Assembly (NCBI GenBank): GCA_965200315.1
Contig: OZ241362.1
Span: 608,001 to 672,000, forward strand
Length of the DNA stretch: 64,000 bases
Source of the DNA: Candidatus Latescibacterota bacterium
GTDB taxonomy: Bacteria; Latescibacterota; UBA2968; UBA8231
Direction of reading: 5' to 3'
In this document: positions 61,109 to 64,000 of the stretch, piece after piece
Numbering within the stretch: position 1 is the first letter of the stretch
Layout of the letters: each line of letters begins with the position of its first letter
Translations under genes and position numbers: made by a program
The notes under the pieces: generated by a model
Told to the model about the DNA's origin: nothing
What the model saw: the letters and a program-made list of their open reading frames with translations, nothing else
Database searches by the model: none

Positions 61109-61125
61109 TCATCGCTTGATCGTCC
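61109..61125. repeat. 17-bp direct repeat, right copy (last 17 nt of the permease gene)
   Basis: See 60013-60029. Confidence 0.8.
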
Positions 61126-61972
61126 CAAAGGTGACGCCGCGCAGCAGATGCTTGCGCACCAACACCGTGAACGCGATGATCGGCGCGGCAAAAATCAGCA
61201 TCCCCGCGCTGATCTGCGCCCACGGCAAACCCGACACATTGCCCTGCAAACCAGCGAAGTAAACCGGCACTGTAACGGCCTTTTGGTTGTTGAGCGTCAT
61301 GGCAAACCCGTACTCGTTCCACGCGGAGATCAGGCAAAACACCGCAGTTACTGCCATCCCGGGCACGGCCCGCGGCAGAACGACCAAGCGAAAGGCTTGG
61401 AAGCGAGTATAGCCAGCCACCAGCGCGGCCTCTTCGTACGCGGTGGGTATTTCGTCGATAAAGCCCTTCATCAGCCACACGGCCAGCGACATATTGAACG
61501 CCGTGTACAGCAGCACCAATCCTAAATGGCTGTTCTGGAGATCGAATTCGCGGTACATCATCAACACCGGCACCACCAAGGCGAGGGGCGGCAAAAAGCG
61601 CGTCGAGAGGATAAAAAACAGCCAGTCGCGCCCCCCGGGGATGGCAAAGCGGCTAAAGCCATAGGCCGCGCCGGTGCCGATCAGCACCGAGCACAAGGTG
61701 CTGAGCAGGCCAATGACCAAGCTGTTGCCCAAGTAGTGGAAAAAGGCGTGCTCCCCGCCGGCGTACACCGCGGCCAATTGGCGATAGCCGTCGAGATTGG
61801 CGCGGAAGTAGCTCCCGTCGGCCGCGACCTCCTCGGCCCAAGTGGGCGCGAACTTGGGATGCACGGCAATGCTGTCGTCCCGCGTCTTAAACGAGGTCAG
61901 CAAGAGCCATACAAGCGGCAGCATGGCCGCGCAAAAGTAGCCCCCGACAAAGGCGATGCGCAGCGCCTTCAC
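61109..61972 (-). CDS. Carbohydrate ABC transporter permease
   Basis: IPTAYEEAALVAG, AWNEY; GTGA overlap start. Confidence 0.9.
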   Translation of the reverse strand: MKALRIAFVGGYFCAAMLPLVWLLLTSFKTRDDSIAVHPKFAPTWAEEVAADGSYFRANLDGYRQLAAVYAGGEHAFFHYLGNSLVIGLLSTLCSVLIGTGAAYGFSRFAIPGGRDWLFFILSTRFLPPLALVVPVLMMYREFDLQNSHLGLVLLYTAFNMSLAVWLMKGFIDEIPTAYEEAALVAGYTRFQAFRLVVLPRAVPGMAVTAVFCLISAWNEYGFAMTLNNQKAVTVPVYFAGLQGNVSGLPWAQISAGMLIFAAPIIAFTVLVRKHLLRGVTFGTIKR

Positions 61973-62865
61973 TGCGCCCCGGCCTCCTCGCGCCGCTGCA
62001 CTGAACTTATGTAGCGCACAAACACACTGGCCAGCGCGAGCACCAGCACCAACACTACGTACGAATACGCCGCACCCAACCCTATCTTGCCGTCGCGGAA
62101 CACCACCTGATAGAGCAGCGCACTCACCGTTTGCGTGGCCGGGTCGTTGGGGCCGGTGATGGCCATGACCAAATCGAACTGCTTGAGCGCGTCCGTGGCC
62201 CTCAGCAATACGGCCAGCCCCAAAAGCGGCGCACACAAAGGCAGGGTAATCCGGCGGAAGACCTTCCACCGCGAGGCCCGGTCAATGGCCGCGGCCTCGT
62301 ACAAGTAACCGGGGATGGCGTTGAGTGCGGCCAGTGCGATCAGCATCATAAACGGCGTCCACATCCACACGTCGACCAGCAGAATCGACAGCAGCTTGAG
62401 GTCGGGGTCTGTAATCCACTGGGGTTGGCCCAGCCCCAGTGCGCCGAGGCATTGGTTGAGGATGCCGTAGTGCCCGTTGAGTATCAGCTTCCAAAAGAGC
62501 GCGATCACGGCCGGCGGCAACATCATCGGCACCAACAGTGCCGTCAGTGCAAACGCCCGGCCGCTGAAGCGATCTTTGAGCGCCAGTGCCAAGGCAAAGC
62601 CCAAGACTAACTCCACGGCCACGGCCACGCAGACAAAGAGCGCGGTGGTCCGCAGCGCGGCCCCGTATTTGGCAAACTTAAACGCCACGGCGTAGTTGAA
62701 TCCCCCCACGAACTTCCACGCCCCGCCGACCAAGTCCACATTGGTGAAGCTGAGCGCGATGCTGTACAGCAGTGGGAAGACATTGATGCCGATGAGCAAA
62801 AGGAGGGCCGGCGCCACGAACGCATACTGAGTCCAATCGCGGCACCGGCCCATACTACCCCTCAC
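61969..62865 (-). CDS. Carbohydrate ABC transporter permease
   Basis: DVWMWTPF, LYEAAAIDRA, ITLPL. Confidence 0.9.
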   Translation of the reverse strand: MRGSMGRCRDWTQYAFVAPALLLLIGINVFPLLYSIALSFTNVDLVGGAWKFVGGFNYAVAFKFAKYGAALRTTALFVCVAVAVELVLGFALALALKDRFSGRAFALTALLVPMMLPPAVIALFWKLILNGHYGILNQCLGALGLGQPQWITDPDLKLLSILLVDVWMWTPFMMLIALAALNAIPGYLYEAAAIDRASRWKVFRRITLPLCAPLLGLAVLLRATDALKQFDLVMAITGPNDPATQTVSALLYQVVFRDGKIGLGAAYSYVVLVLVLALASVFVRYISSVQRREEAGAQ

Positions 62866-62873
62866 GCTGCCTC

Positions 62874-64000
62874 CTATTCCATCTCTAGCAAGCCCGCTTC
62901 CATCAGAATCATCTCGTGCTCAGCGGCCAGCGCGTCGAGGGCGTCGGCGCTCGCGCTCGTGCCGTCGAGGGCTGCGCCCAAGTGGCGCACGGCTGCGGCT
63001 AACAGCTCGTTGTACACTGGCACGTTCCAAAAGTCCTGCAAGTAATCCAGCGACTCAGCGAACACGGCGTTGTACGGCGCGGCTGCGGCAAATTCCGCAC
63101 TCGCTAGCAGCTCGGTATTGGCCGTAAACGAGCCGGGATAGGATATCCACTTCTCCTGTATGGCGGTCTGGGAAAACCACGCGATAAACTGCTTGGCCCA
63201 TTCCTGCTTTTGCGGCGCGGTCTTGGTCGAAATGCTAAAGCCCTGCCCGCCCAGCGAGATAACGCGCGTGTCGCCGTGGCGCGGCACCATGAAGAAGCCG
63301 ACTTGGTCGCCCATGCTGGCGACGATGCCCGGATAGAACGGAAAGTAGTCCAAGACCATGGCCGTAGAGCCGTTGGAGAAAGCCTCTAAGTTGAAAAAGT
63401 AATCGGCATTGGTGCCGCCTTCGGGCACAAATTGCAACAGGGACTTGAAAAACTCCAGCCCGGCCACGGCCCCCTCCGTGTTGAGGTGGCCCTGCACCTT
63501 GTAGCTCTGCGGGTCGCCCCACGCACCGCCCCAAGCCCACAAAAAGGGCTGAAAGCCCATGACGATCGAGTCGTACCCTCGGCCCGTCAGCAGCGAGCAG
63601 CCATAGCGCTTTTGCTCCGGCCGGTGGAAAAACTCGGCCAAGTCGCGGAATTCCTCCCACGTGTCGGGCGCGGCGAGCGGGCGGCCGTAGCGGGCGGCAA
63701 ACGCCTCTTGCTCGGCCGGGTCTGTAAACCAGTCCTTGCGATAGACAAAGCCAATGGCATCCGTCTGGCAGGGCGCGGCAAAAAACCGGCTGCTGCCCGG
63801 CGGGTATTCGCACAAATAGCGCGCAGCGCGCGGATGAATCGCGCCCATGTCAACGGCCTCGGGCAGCCAATCGGTCAGTTCCAAATACAGCCCCTTGGTC
63901 GCGCCGCGGCCGATCCACTGACTGTCGCCCACGACGATGTCGAAATCGGTCTGCTTGTTGCCGAAGTTGAGAAAAACCTGGTCTTGATAAGCCGGCCAAG
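62874..64000 (-). CDS. Sugar ABC transporter substrate-binding protein (5' end outside the window)
   Basis: YRKDWF, APDTWEE, LGGQGFSI; frame continues to the edge. Confidence 0.88.
   Translation of the reverse strand, partial: WPAYQDQVFLNFGNKQTDFDIVVGDSQWIGRGATKGLYLELTDWLPEAVDMGAIHPRAARYLCEYPPGSSRFFAAPCQTDAIGFVYRKDWFTDPAEQEAFAARYGRPLAAPDTWEEFRDLAEFFHRPEQKRYGCSLLTGRGYDSIVMGFQPFLWAWGGAWGDPQSYKVQGHLNTEGAVAGLEFFKSLLQFVPEGGTNADYFFNLEAFSNGSTAMVLDYFPFYPGIVASMGDQVGFFMVPRHGDTRVISLGGQGFSISTKTAPQKQEWAKQFIAWFSQTAIQEKWISYPGSFTANTELLASAEFAAAAPYNAVFAESLDYLQDFWNVPVYNELLAAAVRHLGAALDGTSASADALDALAAEHEMILMEAGLLEME

Noticed and set aside
1-64000. CRISPR array, tRNA or rRNA genes
   Set aside because: No regularly spaced repeat-spacer series, cloverleaf or rRNA-like segment seen by eye; the 5035-5079 repeat has two adjacent units and no spacer.

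Overview
GC-rich bacterial chromosome segment (roughly 60-65% GC by eye). The gene mix suggests a Latescibacterota/Gemmatimonadota-like, possibly sponge-associated, lineage; this is inference only. The backbone encodes sugar and organic-acid scavenging: five enolase-superfamily dehydratases/racemases, two Gfo/Idh/MocA oxidoreductases, two carbohydrate ABC operons, a TonB receptor, an FGGY kinase, ceramidase-like and heparinase-like proteins. It is interrupted by several small defence/TA islets. (i) 8-16.3 kb is a decayed defence hotspot with AAA-DUF4143, Uma2 and hicBA, followed by a DUF5131-TcmP fusion, TA remnants and IS1595 with an MTase-HNH pseudogene lying between the remains of hsdS and hsdR. 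(ii) 20.9-24.6 kb is an intact uncharacterised two-gene membrane pair convergent with an ABC-ATPase + DUF4276 pair, and is the best candidate for an undescribed system. (iii) 35.8-37.5 kb is an intact EcoRV-like RM pair. (iv) 38.9-40.7 kb holds a Panacea antitoxin, a membrane partner and gene remnants. (v) 60.0-61.1 kb is a Panacea/PemK-like TA flanked by 17-bp direct repeats inside an ABC operon. By eye, CCWGG is scarce and its C-to-T products are abundant across the window. No rRNA, tRNA or CRISPR array was seen. All family calls come from motif recognition, not database searches.
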